64,000 bases of DNA. It comes from Octopus vulgaris. Its lineage: Eukaryota. The position numbers and the translations under genes were made by a program. The notes below the pieces were generated by a model. It was not told the DNA's origin. It did no database searches and saw nothing but the letters and a program-made list of their open reading frames with translations. Below, one piece after another: positions 27,239-41,997 of the stretch; position 1 is the first letter of the stretch, and each line of letters begins with the position of its first letter. The DNA lies in contig OX597817.1 of NCBI GenBank assembly GCA_951406725.2, positions 9,548,001-9,612,000 of the forward strand. The letters run 5' to 3'.

Positions 27239-27936
27239 ATGGAAGTATCCAAGGAGCATTTAAGGCACATATAATTCTTTATGAGTACAATAAAGGTAAC
27301 TCTGCAGCCGAAGTGACTCGAAACATACACTCAGTTTATGGGAAAGTGCTCGAATGAAAGAACTTGCAGGAGATCGTTTACAAAATTGAAGATGAATATC
27401 GAATAGGACGTCCAGTTGAGTTTGATGATAAGCTCCTTGAGGCATTACTTGAAGAAAATCCTGCATTATCAGTTGAAGAATTGGCAATAAAGCTTACTTC
27501 AAACCATACAACTGTCATCGTCATCTTCAACAACGTGGAAAGATTCCTAAACTTGGAAAATAGGTGCCTCATGCATTGTCCGAAAGCAACCGCAAATCCC
27601 AACTTGGTATCTGCTCTTCTCTCCATTCTCGCAAACTCATTTCACCCTTTTTCGATAGACTTGTGATGAAAAATGGATTTTCTATCGAAATGTTAATCGT
27701 CGTAAACAGTGGTTTGGTAACAGGGAAAATGCTCAACCACAACCGAGAAGGAACTTCATGGGAAAAAGGTTCTCTCTGTCTGGTGCGATTGCAAAGGTGT
27801 AATTCACTTTATATTGTTACCACCTAATGCAACAATCAATGCTCAAGTCTACTGTCAGCAATTAGAGCGTTTGAACCAAGCTTTGAAGGGAAAAAGAGCC
27901 ACTTTAGTGAGTCGAAAACGAGTGATGTTTCATCAG
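27239..27936 (+). pseudogene. Mariner (DD34D) transposase fossil, truncated at the second catalytic motif
   Basis: MEVSKEHLRH, GRPVEFDD, *VPHALSE (WVPHEL), DEKWIFY, TINAQVYCQQL, VMFHQ. Confidence 0.8.
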
Positions 27937-28884
27937 TTATGCGCATATTCCAAAATTCCAGTCTTATTGAACGTGTTAAAAAGTTAGAAAGACCCTCCAT
28001 GGGGACTTAACACTAACAATTTTGCCATTTTATCTAAGCAAAAACAAATATAGTTGTGCTCTTGGAAGCTGTGGGGTTACCCGAGCATAAAAGTTGGGCA
28101 TTATTTCTAATTCATGAGTACAACAGTGTAACAGTTGGCTTTGACATACACTTACATTGTGATTTCTGCAATGTGGTGCATAAATTGTAAGTAAATGAGA
28201 GGCATCTTTGCCTCCACTGATTCAGTTGCAAAGTGTTGAGCAAAGTTATTTGATTGCAGACCTCCTTTCAGTCTTTTTATTATCACTTGGTCACACATTG
28301 TCCCCAGATGGTAACATTGATTTCATGGCCTTCCCAAATGAGTGACTGGTTATTCAAAGACATTTATAGATTTTAAATTTATTCTGTTTAGTTACGTATC
28401 AGTATAGTGGTCATTTGCAAACTCCAGAGGTGACACTTTCATTTCTCCTTAGCCCTCACGTCAAACAATTGTTAATGTTGATTTCAGTTGAGTCACACCC
28501 TTCCAATTGCTATACATTCGTAAAGCATCTTACGGCTGTACCTGTCACCTGGATGGTGAGGAATCCTACATTGGGAGTGGTAACGACTAGGGTAGGGTAA
28601 CTGACTGCTTATTGTGATCATTTGTCTTTTTGTTTCCTGTAGCTTTGCTCTCTTTTACAAACCCAGTGAACATATATTTCCTATTTCAAAGAAATTCAAA
28701 CAATAGATATAAGACCCAAGTTAAAAAGATTTTCAACAATTCAACTTCTCTGGTTGACATTAAGATGCCTACCCCCAACAGGGGCCTTAACTCTCACATT
28801 TTAGAGCTCCATGACCTTCATTTTTCAGGAGCAAAATCTTTTTAACAAGTTCAATAAGACTGGAATTTTGGAATATGCGCATAA
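27937..28884. mobile_element. Non-coding TIR element (MITE-like) with 47-bp TIRs
   Basis: ttatgcgcatattccaaaattccagtcttattgaacgtgttaaaaag at 27937-27983, and its reverse complement (1 mismatch in the core) at ~28838-28884. Confidence 0.8.
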
Positions 28885-28889
28885 AAATC

Positions 28890-29071
28890 AGTATTATGGG
28901 ATACATGTGGCACGATTACAATTTTTTAGGGTTTGTAAAGAGTGAAATAACCCTCATCTACAATTTTGATGAAATTCGAAACGTAGATATTCCAGTTCAT
29001 TACAGAAGATATAACAGAAAAGTCTAATTCTCCAATTGAATGTAACCGGGCAACGCCGGGTATCTCTGCTA

Positions 29072-29072
<1 letters not shown>
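28890..29072 (+). mobile_element. Helitron 3' terminus
   Basis: accgggcaacgccgggt hairpin followed by CTAG|T. The 5' end was not located. Confidence 0.55.
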
Positions 29073-29111
<39 letters not shown>

Positions 29112-29244
29112 CAGTCAAAGAGATATAGCTATTCTTTCTACTAAAAGGGGGATCTCAGTAAAAACACAGCACTTGAAAGGCAAACACAGACAGGTAAGAA
29201 AGAAAGAATGAAATGACGGCAATCTATCATACAATTTTAAGTTA

Positions 29245-29336
29245 CCTACGGACGTACGTTTCGAAATCAAGTTTTAGGAGAGCATAAGAATTAGAAAATT
29301 CTACTTTACCCAAACTTCTTTTCTCATCGGCGCAGG
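29245..29336 (-). ncRNA. Type I HHR motif, CCGAUGA core (unit 1)
   Basis: cctgcg-CCGATGA-gaaa..aagttt...aaactt..tttc-GAAAC-gtac-GTC-cgtagg. 6-bp stem I. Confidence 0.75.
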
Positions 29337-29832
29337 ATAGTACAATTATGAATAATTGTATATTAAATTTTGAGATACTAGAAGGCATTATCTCAACTCA
29401 GTGTCAGAGCGAGCCAAAGCATGACCAGTACCACGAAATTCAAAGTTTGAATGAAAGTTTGTGTCACCAGCCCCCTTCCACCCGCGTGTAGCCAAGACAA
29501 AATGCTGCGGTCATTTACTGGGATAAAATATGGTTATCAGTAATAATAAAGGGTGAAATTAATTAATTTGGAATAATTATCAATTACACCAAGTAGATTT
29601 CGGCATGTAAAAGCCCCATTCGAGGAAAATTTAAGTAATACTAAGTAATTAAGGGTTTAGCAGCGAATTGCCTCACCAACACACCGAATTTAGAAATAGC
29701 AGTCAAAGAGATATAGCTATTCTTTCTACTAAAAGGGGGATCTCAGTAAAAACACAGCACTTGAAAGGCAAACACAGACAGGTAAGAAAGAAAGAATGAA
29801 ATGACGGCAATCTATCATACAATTTTAAGTTA

Positions 29833-29924
29833 CCTACGGACGTACGTTTCGAAATCAAGTTTTAGGAGAGCATAAGAATTAGAAAATTCTACTTTACCCA
29901 AACTTCTTTTCTCATCGGCGCAGG
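29833..29924 (-). ncRNA. Type I HHR motif, CCGAUGA core (unit 2)
   Basis: Identical to 29245-29336, 588 bp apart. Confidence 0.75.
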
Positions 29925-30972
29925 ATAGTACAATTATGAATAATTGTATATTAAATTTTGAGATACTAGAAGGCATTATCTCAACTCAGTGTCAGAGCGA
30001 GCCAAAGCATGACCAGTACCACGAAATTCAAAGTTTGAATGAAAGTTTGTGTCACCAGCCCCTTCCACCCGCGTGTAGCCAAGACAAAATGCTGCGGTCA
30101 TTTACTGGGATAAAATATGGTTATCAGTAATAATAAAGGGTGAAATTAATTAATTTGGAATAATTATCAATTACACCAAGTAGATTTCGGCATGTAAAAG
30201 CCCCATTCGAGGAAAATTTAAGTAATACTAAGTAATTAAGGGTTTAGCAGCGAATTGCCTCACCAACACACCGAATTTAGAAATAGCAGTCAATAGTAGA
30301 AAGAATAGCTATATCTCTTTGACTGCTATTTCTAAATTCGGTGTGTTGGTGAGGCAATTCGCTGCTAAACCCTTAATTACTTAGTATTACTTAAATTTTC
30401 CTCGAATGGGCTTTTACATGCCGAAATCTACTTGGTGTAATTGATAATTATTCCAAATTAATTAATTTCACCCTTTATTATTACTGATAACCATATTTTA
30501 TCCCAGTAAATGTTGCAGCATTTTGTCTTGGCTACACGCGGGTTGAAGAGGGCTGGTGACACAAACTTTCATTCAAACTTTGAATTTCGTGGTACTGGTC
30601 ATGCTTTGGCTCGCTCTGACACTGAGTTGAGATAATGCCTTCTAGTATCTCAAAATTTAATATACAATTATTCATAATTGTACTATCCTCATAATGAAAA
30701 AGAAGTTTGGGTAAAGTAGAATTTTCCAATTCTTATGCTCTCCTAAAACTTGATTTCGAAACGCTACGTCCGTAGGTAACTTAAAATTGTATGATAGATT
30801 GCCGTCATTTCATTCTTTCTTTCTTACCTGTCTGTGTTTGCCTTTCAAGTGCTGTGTTTTACTGAGATCCCCCTTTTGTAGAAAGAATAGCTATATCTCT
30901 TTGACTGCTATTTCTAAATTCGGTGTGTATATATATCTGTAAATTAATATGTTACCATTATTCAATAGCCAA

Positions 30973-31033
30973 GATAAAACTCTGAGTTTCGGATGCCGAA
31001 GTGGAAATCCACAACACCATCTCTTCGGTTATC
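30973..31033 (-). ncRNA. HHR-like motif with CCGAAGA core in the inverted pLTR of the + strand PLE
   Basis: gccagataa-CCGAAGA-gatg..gtgga/tccac..catcc-GAAAC-tcaga-GTT-ttatcttggc. The adjacent ttggctattgaataatggtaaca also occurs at ~32423-32445, the 3' end of the PLE. Confidence 0.6.
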
Positions 31034-31158
31034 TGGCCATCTGAAAAAACGCTATGAAAAAATACCGTTATTCAAAGGGAAATTACTGTGTTATAATTCC
31101 GCTACTTATATAAATTAAGGTTAAAAGTTCATAGTAAACACGTAAGCATGGCTATTCA

Positions 31159-31740
31159 TTGAATGATAGACATTTTCCAGTTAACCATATTTATAGGAAA
31201 CTCTTCAATAAACACAATTTAAAAATTAGTTTTAGTTCAACTACCAATTTTAAAAATATAATCACACATAACACACAAAAACCACAAGAAAACAGCTGTT
31301 CATGTAGGAGTAGAAAATTTTGCCCCCTAAATGGAGCTTGCATGTCCGAGACCATCATCTATGAAGCTACCGTGGACTCTGTAACCACTAAAGACACCGT
31401 TTCGACGAAGACATACGTGGGCCTTACAGGGGGTAATTTCAAGGCCAGGTTCAATAACCACACCTTGAGTTTTAGGTACTGGAACAAAAGAAAAGCGACA
31501 AAATTATCCAATCATATTTGGTCATTAAAAGATAAAGGTGTCAATTACAACATCCATTGGAAGATTTTGGCCAAATGTAAGCCCTACGCCAACGGCAGCC
31601 GAAAGTGCGGTCTATGCGACATGGAGAGATGGCTTATCTGGAAAAGAAGCTTAGGCCCTACAACATGTCTAAACTTAAGGACATAACTTTTCGGAACATG
31701 CCCACATGTGTCAAAATTTTTGTTACGTTTTGGTCCCCCC
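31159..31740 (+). pseudogene. PLE C-terminal GIY-YIG endonuclease (Naiad-like)
   Basis: FPVNHIYRKLFN, CSC..CPLNGAC, IIY...YVG, FKARFNNH, CGLC, LNLRT*LFGTCPH (premature TAA at a normally Glu position). Confidence 0.85.
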
Positions 31741-32521
31741 AAGAATACAGATAGAACTTGCTTTCTATATTATGTCCCAAAAAGTTTTTTTTATCTCATT
31801 ATAACTTTTATTTTTTCATATATTTTTATATTTTTATACTTAATAATTTTTTCTGTACTCTTCCATCCTACATTTTTTCCTGTGCCTATATACACGTGTA
31901 TATAGATTCATTTGTACACGTGTGTGAATATGTATGAGTGGGCGGGTGTGTATGTATATAGATGTGTGCGGGCATAAGAATACAAATATATATAGACGTT
32001 TTTACTTAGTATTTTTACAATTTTTTCCGTTTTTTGGGGGGCGTATGTATAATCTTTTTTGTGTATGCGTGTGTGTGTATGCGTATATAAACATGTGCGG
32101 GTATGCACATATATGGGCGCGTGTGTGTATGCGTGCATAAGGGCATGTCCGTATATGAACGTGGTTTTACGCTTTGTATACTTCCTTATGTTTTTCTGTA
32201 TTGTTGTTTTTTTCTGTATTGTTTTTTCTTGTGCTTGTGCGTATATAGACGTATGTATGAACCTTTACTGTACGCATGTGTGTGTTTGAGTTTGTATATA
32301 TATACGTATACATTTGGCGAAAAATGCGAGTGATGATGTGTACGTTTTCATAGTGACGTATACGTACGCAGATAGATGCTCGAGCGCACATGTGAGCGTA
32401 TGAGTAGCCATGCTTACGTGTTTTGGCTATTGAATAATGGTAACATTCATTTACAGATAAATTTCCTCTATTTACATAATATTGACGTCTCTTGCTTTCT
32501 TTTGTTATCTTACCGTTTTTA

Positions 32522-32587
<66 letters not shown>

Positions 32588-32717
32588 CAGCAAAACAGTT
32601 TAGATTCAAATGAATATGGTACTTAACTTAGATGCACCAGAATTTTTTATGGTATTATCCATAAAATTATGTGGGGTGATTAAACCAAAAAATAAGCAAC
32701 AAGAATGGATCGGTAAT

Positions 32718-32802
32718 TTAGTACAAGTGTTTCATACTATAACAATTTATTAAAGCTGCAAATATTACAGCAAATATAATATGTCAAGTAATCTTCAGCT
32801 AA
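32718..32802 (-). ncRNA. Type I HHR motif in the PLE 3' repeat
   Basis: ttag-CTGAAGA-ttact...agtat-GAAAC-actt-GTA-ctaa, in the sense orientation of the PLE ORF. Confidence 0.7.
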
Positions 32803-33789
32803 TTTCCTATAGGTTTTCCAATAATGTAAAGTTCTCAAACCAATTAGTAACATCTTAGAGAGTGTAAATATCCCGATAAAGTTGTAGATGTGAATTCCAG
32901 GAACTTGAAGCAAGATGCCAAGCAAACCATATATGCTCTCCAACAATGTAAAGTTCTCAATTTAATTAGTGACATCCCAGAGAAGGTAAATATACTCATA
33001 AAGTTGTGGATATAAATTTCAGGAAACAGGAAGAAAGATGCCAGTCAGACCACGATAAAGTTCGCATCTAACTGTTGCAAGAAAAATTCCTATAGTAGTA
33101 GAAATGATAGTAGGGTAGGTCAAGGAAGCTGAATTAGCTGGAGAAAAGAACAGAAGGAGAAAAATATTGGGGGTGTAAAAGGAACAAAGACAGATTGATA
33201 CTAAAAAGAAGGTCAGTCTATTTCTATGGTGACAGGAAATCTAGGTCAGTGTGGAAGGAATCATTCTTAAATTATTAAGAGCCTGTAAGGTTGACAACCC
33301 CTTGCTTTCAACTGAAAGCCATCAGAATTTACAGTGGGAGTTAAAATAAAGGAAGATCTAAGGAAGACTCTAAAAGGGTCATAGGATATCGGTAGAGAAA
33401 GATACAGTAAGAAAATTAAGCTTAACACTAGAATAGAAGGCTATTGATTTATTTTTGTTTATATTCTAACTTTTATTTTTATATGGTAAGAAAGAATTTA
33501 GGTCAACATCTAGAGGTCAATTAAGATCAATAGCAAAAGGTAGGGGAACTGTACCTATTCAAATTTATAGTGAAAATCAAATGTATAACTAAGGAATAGT
33601 ATTAAATGTTAAATTTAGAAAAGAATTAGGAAAATTTGCAATTCTATGATTTAAGTAAGGTTAATTTAGTTGACTATAAAAGTCAATTAAAAGTTAGCAT
33701 AGTACATTTACTATTTATTATTATATTAAAAAGATACAGTTAGAAAGAACAACAATAGGAGAACCTTCAAAATTCTATTTAAAATATTT

Positions 33790-36056
33790 TAAAGTTTTGA
33801 TTTTTGAATGAATACAAGACCCAACTCTATACGATTATTTAGTAGATTTTAATTTTTTCTATATTTTAAAATCTCATAGGTTTCCATAGAACAGAGTTGA
33901 CAGCCTACACTATTATTTCTATAAGGTATTGTGCCCTTCTAACTATTTCCCATTTTAGGTTATATTTAATATTATTAGTTTTGAGTTCCCAAATTTTTCT
34001 AGATAGTGTAGTGCAACCTGCTTTATGATCTAATCGGAAAGAGGAAAGATGATTGTTAATTCTCTGTTTAAAATTAATAGTACAACCGAAGTAAAAAAAG
34101 TTACTATTAGAAGTTGTTATAGTACATTTATAGATTACATTTTGGACTGAACAACGACCAGATGCCGGACAATTTGACCTAATCCTACAATTGCAACTAG
34201 GGGGATAATTTTCAGATTTAGAATTATTTAAGGACAGATCTTTCACATTGCTGTTATTCAAATTATTATGAATATTATTTTCATTATTATACGTAATATT
34301 GTTATCCAAAATGGGGCTACTATTTATTGATCCATCTACACTATCATTCACATCCACCATAACAATACCTCTATTACCTACATTATTGATATTGCTATTA
34401 TTATTATTTGTATTTATATCAAAGTAATTATTACTGCTATAGATATAATTGTTATCATTATTTTCGGTATTATTTTTATTTGTATTATCCTTATTTTTAT
34501 CATTATAATTATTTCTATTAATATTACTGATATTTTTGTTGTTGATGTTGCTCTCATTTTGATAATTATAATTATTATTATTATTATTATTTTTGATACT
34601 ATTATTACAATTATTATTGCTATTCATGCTGATACTAATCTTACTACTCCTGGCTAACTTTAATGTTTTTACCATTAATTCTAGCTATTATAGTGGACAT
34701 ATTTGGGAGGGTTGAATAAGAAATCCTAACTGTTCTCTTAGAAATTATTCTATAATATTTATGAGAGGTTGGAAAATTTTTTTCTAGTATAGATTTGAAT
34801 CTACTGTATATATTCGATAAAATCAATCAGTTGAAAGGAATATTTAGCCAGATGATATTTTCATAAATTAGAGTTAGGGTGAGATGTATTAATACTGTTC
34901 TCACGAGAGTTATTATTCGTATTACTCTTATTTGTATGTATTTTAAATTTATCTAGATTAGTTTTTTCAAAGTTACTTATACACTGGTCAATATTTTTAT
35001 TCATATAATTTGGTTTATACACTAGATTTTTCGTCACCATAAATCTATTTTTATGTCGGGCACGATAGTTATTCTTGTTTACGTAGTTAATATTCTCTTC
35101 TTTGTTTGGAAGATACAAACTATCCTTATCGAGAAAGGTAATTTTCTGGTTGTATCCTGCTTTAGCTAATGCGGTGTTATAATGTTTAGAGTGAGAGTTG
35201 AATATATCACTATTAGATGACAGTTTGGAAATTCTCAGGGAAATATTACTAACTAATAATTTTATTATATGAGGGGGATGATTAGATAATTTATTTACAT
35301 ATCTAGTGATTTCACCTTCCTTTCTAAATGGGTAATGTTGCTTAGAGTTAAGGTCTAAGGTAATATCTAAAAAATTGACTATCTTAGTGCCAGGTTCATA
35401 AGTTATGCTAAGGTTAAAATCTTTAAAGAACTTATTAATTTTTCTTTTTAATCCTTTCAATGGTTGATTTACTATTGCTAGGAACAACAAACAGAGCATC
35501 ATCCCTATATAGACCACCCTGTAATTCAGGGATTTCGCTTTTTATGCACCTTAATAAATATGCACCTACTAAATTAGTTATCTCAGCTGAATCGCTGGAA
35601 CCCATGGGTATATCAAAATTATTAGGGGTATCTGCTCTAGTCCATAATTTACCTTCAAATTCTATGATAGTTTTTCTAGCTAGTAAAACTATGTCAATTT
35701 CTTCTCTAGATATAGGGGAACGATTCATGGCAAAAATAAGCGATTTATTTAGCAAAATGGGGGATATACTAGAATAATAATTATTGATAACAAATTGAAT
35801 AAAAGAGAAACTGCTAGTGTTAACTAGAGAATTAAACCAATCTATTACTTCATCAGTATTAAACCATAGACTTAAGGGAAGGATAGGGGTTATTTGGGGT
35901 AGAACATTGTCCGAGATAGATTTACTAAGTCGGCCAATGTCCGACTTAGTTGGACATATAAGTCTTATCGAGGGGTTTTCTAGGAAATTTCTTTTGTGGT
36001 CCTTAAGGTTAATCCTGGGTTCACAAGGTATAAGAGGCCCTGTTCTGTCGGTCAAA
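33790..36056 (-). pseudogene. PLE polyprotein (RT-linker-GIY-YIG), frameshifted
   Basis: RLICPTKSDIG, FIQFVINNYYSSI (catalytic D>V), IPMGSSDSAEI, GLYRDDAL, VNFLDITLDL, SNHPP, IIWLNIPF, CNC..CPASGRC, VIY..YFG, CQLC. Confidence 0.9.
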
Positions 36057-36187
36057 TATATATATATATAGAACAAGGAGAAAGATAAATTTTATTCAAC
36101 ACATCGATGCTGAACAGTACATATATATATAAAATTTATCTTTCTACTTGTTCAACGCTTCGAAAACAAACTTGTTTGTTTACATAT

Positions 36188-36301
<114 letters not shown>

Positions 36302-36399
36302 GGGTAGAAAGTATTTTAGTGAGGGAACACAAAATATTTTGTACAAAGATCTGTGTTGTTTCATCTTTTGTCTTTCTGTATATATATATACATACACAA

Positions 36400-36498
<99 letters not shown>

Positions 36499-36501
36499 TA
36501 T

Positions 36502-36738
36502 CTTTTACTTATTTCAGTCGTTAGTCTGCGGACATGCTGGGGTCCCACCTTGAAGAATTTGTAGTCGAATGTGTCGACTCCAGTACTTTTTGCCTTTATT
36601 TTTAATCCTGCTACTTATTCTACCGGTCTCTTTTGCGGAACCGCTAAGTTATGGAGACGTAAACACACCAACATCGGTTGTGAAGCGGTGGAGGTGGGGG
36701 CAAACACTGACTTGCATACATACATACATATATATATA

Positions 36739-36809
<71 letters not shown>

Positions 36810-36950
36810 CAGTTTCCGTCTACCAAATCCACTCACAAGGCTTTGGTCGGCGCTAGGCTATAGTAGAAGAAACTTGCCCAAGGTACCAGGCAGTGGGACT
36901 GAACCCAGAACAATGTGGTTGGGAAGCAAGTTTCTTACTACACAGCCAAC
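36502..36950 (-). mobile_element. SINE family A (older)
   Basis: Similarity to the family A consensus. Confidence 0.75.
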
Positions 36951-37236
36951 AACCCAGGACTTCGTAGTCGAAACATTAATTTATTTTGGCATTTTCAAGC
37001 TGGCAACAGGACCCTTTGTCTGTTGCTTTTTAATCAGATGACGTTTACGCTAGGGACGCTGATAAGAGAGAAGTTGAAAAGAAAAACAGAAGATAGGTTG
37101 CCAGCATCACAATAAATTGGAAGTCAAAAAGATGTAAACAAGATATTAATGCTTTGCTATGTATCTGATGGCCTATTTCTATATTCTGCCAAGATGTATT
37201 TCTTAAAATGTGATGTACATACGTATACCGTTTTTA

Positions 37237-37274
<38 letters not shown>

Positions 37275-37298
37275 ACATACATACACACACGCACGCAC

Positions 37299-37339
<41 letters not shown>

Positions 37340-37415
37340 CATATATATATAATATATATATATATACACATATATATATACATATATATACATATATATA
37401 TATACATACATATAT

Positions 37416-37534
<119 letters not shown>

Positions 37535-37776
37535 CGTTGGGACGTATTTTCACGTGTGTTGGTGTGGTGGAAGACGATGTATGTGTATATATACTCATAT
37601 GCATATGTGCGATGTGCGTGTGTATTTGTGTGTGTGTGTGTGCGCACGCATACACTAACACAGATGTACGCATGTGTGAATATGTGTTTAGTTTATCTAT
37701 GATAGGATAGAAGGTAGCGAGGGGTTCTCATCAATATTGAGTGCATGAGGTGTGTATATGTATGTCTGTGTGTGCA

Positions 37777-37813
<37 letters not shown>

Positions 37814-38117
37814 AAGAGGGAGAGAGAGAGCGACTGAAAGAGAACGGTATAGAAAGAAAGAGATTGTGAAAGCGTGATAAAAAGAGCGAAAGATGATGCT
37901 TAAGGTATGAACCATTTGCTTTTACATTTAACGTTGTGGGTTTCTGGAGCAGCCGCCGAAGCATTGTTGCGGAAATATACTTTCAAGTGATAGGAAATGA
38001 CAGACTCAGAGATTTGTGGTTGATATCTACTTCTCTGTCTTATTGACTAACCGAACTAACTTAGATCATACAAATAGTAGGAAAGATGGTGAAAACTAGC
38101 GTACCAGCTTCGAAAAA

Positions 38118-38515
38118 AAAGCTAAAATATTGTACCGATTATTATTATTATGATTATATAGGTTGCAGTAATGGTGTCTTGGAAGAGAACCTTAATATAT
38201 AACTGAATATTCTGCTTATAGAAGTATATGATCGAACCTGCATATCAGTATGTGGAGACACATGGCTCAGGGGTTAGTGCGGCCGATTCGTGGTCGAGGG
38301 ATCGCGGGTTCGAATCTCAGGCCGCGCGTTGTGTGTGTTTATGAGCGAAACACCTAAACTCCACGTGGCTCCGGCAGAAGGCAATGGCGAGCTTCTGCTG
38401 ACTCTTTCGCCACAACTTTCTCTCACTCTTCCCTCCTGCATCTTGCAGCTCACCTGCGACGGACCGGCTTCCCGTCCAGGTCCCTTTTGCCGAACCACTG
38501 AGATACGGGGACGTA
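38118..38515 (+). repeat. Composite repeat: ~135-bp leader + SINE-C-like head + antisense SINE-A piece
   Basis: The whole block recurs inverted at 45635-46029. Confidence 0.8.
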
Positions 38516-38619
38516 AACACACCACCATCGGTTGTCAAGCGATGTTGGGAGGGACAAACACAGACACACAAACATATACACACATACACACATATATATT
38601 ATTCTTTTATTCTTTTATA

Positions 38620-39028
38620 TTCTTTTACTTGTTTCAGTCATTTGACAGTAGCCATGCTGGAGCACCGCCTTTAGTCGAGCAAATCGACCCCGGGACTTAT
38701 TCTTTGTAAGCCCAGTACTTATTCTATCGGTCTCTTTTGCTGAACTGCTAAGTGACGGGGACGTAAACACACCAGCATCGGTTGTCAAGCAATGCTAGGG
38801 GGACAAACGCAAACACATAAACATATACACACACATACTTATATACACACATATATACATATATACGACAGGCTTCTCTCAGCTTCGGTCTGCCAAATTC
38901 ACTCACAAGGCTTTGGTCGGCCCAAGGCTATAGTAGAAGACACTTGCCCAAGGTGCAACGCAGTGGGAATGAACCCAGAACGATGTGGTTGGTAAGCAAG
39001 GTACTTACCACACAGCCACTCCTGCGCC
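38620..39028 (-). mobile_element. SINE family A, full length
   Basis: Similarity to the other copies. Confidence 0.85.
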
Positions 39029-39350
39029 TATATTGCTTAGATAATTTTCACATAATTTTTTTAATCATATTTAAGACACTTATGTTGAGAGGCATTGTTT
39101 TCATTTTAAGGTGCCACGTCGTTTCAAGCTTGATCGCTTTGTATTTCCTTATATTTTTCCAAATTCTTTTACGGTTATATCCCTATCGAATGAAACTCTT
39201 ATATCAATTAATTCTATTTTCACCATCCTTGATGACAATATATGAGGCATTTAATTGTATTATCTGGACTGTGCTAGCTGTGAAATCCTAAAATATTGAG
39301 TATTATTACTTCCATTCATAGCTGTCTCTGATTTATTATTATTATTGTTG

Positions 39351-39457
<107 letters not shown>

Positions 39458-39493
39458 GTTATTATTATTATTATTATTGTTATTATTACTACT

Positions 39494-40182
<689 letters not shown>

Positions 40183-40184
40183 TA

Positions 40185-40250
<66 letters not shown>

Positions 40251-40612
40251 GAGTGAGAGAGCAATGCATGCAATCAAAATGACACTGGGGTACAAATATA
40301 CGAAGCCCAATATACCCATCATGACTACTCCTGTGAAAAGGGTACTCCATGTACCCGAACCACAATCATATGTGCATAACATGGTGAGAACATAAGAGGT
40401 CATAACAGTGCAAACAATTCTCAAAGATAACCCCAAACAATTCCTCTCAACATATGGCTATGATACTCCCCCAATACTTCTGCTCTTGATCAGAGATGCA
40501 CATATCGTCAGCCACCGAGGAACATGCTCAACTGGTTAAGGTCAAGCAACTGACAAGCAAATCTGTGGTACTGAGCAGGATATTTGCTGTAGCCCATCTT
40601 TTATACCAAGAC

Positions 40613-41549
<937 letters not shown>

Positions 41550-41860
41550 TTCCGATTGAATTGAATTTTATTTCATCTTCTGACCGGGTCTCAGTCGGAG
41601 ACCTCAGGCACGTATATATTAGATGGAAAGAAACTTCCTGAGAATGTGGGCGGCGGATGTCAACACAATATTTTGAGTCTCATAAATTGTCGGTTTCCCA
41701 AGAATCTGATCAATAAATTTTGTCAGTACCGTTCTTGATCGTTCCCAGGGCACCTACAGCAACAGGGATACTTTTTGGTTCTGGTTTTCATAGTTGTTGT
41801 TCTTGTTGTTGAATTTTGTCGTTCTTCTTAGAAAGCTGATTCCAACACTCTTCGATCAGA
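41550..41860 (-). mobile_element. Second decayed R4/Dong-like 3' fragment
   Basis: AVGALGTIKNG motif. AATAAA-containing end joining (TAA)n. Confidence 0.5.
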
Positions 41861-41997
41861 AGATTGTAGAAATATACGTGACTGCATGAGATGTTTGCAG
41901 AGGGCGTAGTATACTGCATAGAAAATAAAGCGAGCATTCTACAAGTTCACAGACTGGAAAAGGGAAATTAGAGGGGTACAGAAATAATCTAGACGAA

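Larger units (their letters stand above)
29111..30928. repeat. Two tandem 588/587-bp non-coding units plus one inverted unit with terminal redundancy; each unit has an HHR
   Basis: gcagtcaa recurs at 29111, 29699 and 30286. Inverted copy at 30294-30928. Flanked by (TA)n. Confidence 0.9.
30931..32525 (+). mobile_element. 5'-truncated Penelope-like element with inverted 5' pLTR
   Basis: GIY-YIG remnant, then 3' UTR ending at (TA)n. A segment of the 3' end is repeated in inverted orientation at 30935-30972. Confidence 0.75.
32580..36057 (-). mobile_element. Penelope-like element, 5'-truncated, RT + GIY-YIG + long 3' UTR/pLTR
   Basis: See the ORF feature. HHR near the 3' end. Both ends abut (TA)n. 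Confidence 0.85.

Noticed and set aside
29936-30130. Repeated 64-aa ORF in the 588-bp unit
   Set aside because: Short, no recognisable domain, antisense to the HHR, and its reading frame differs between copies.
29111-30293. CRISPR-like or other prokaryotic array
   Set aside because: Long contiguous tandem units without spacers, in a eukaryotic context.
34830-34865. In-frame TGA codons as selenocysteine (Se-Naiad)
   Set aside because: The TGAs are not at conserved Cys positions and coincide with a frameshift in a decayed copy.
38251-38325. tRNA gene
   Set aside because: Has A/B boxes but continues into a SINE body shared with other copies; it is a SINE head.
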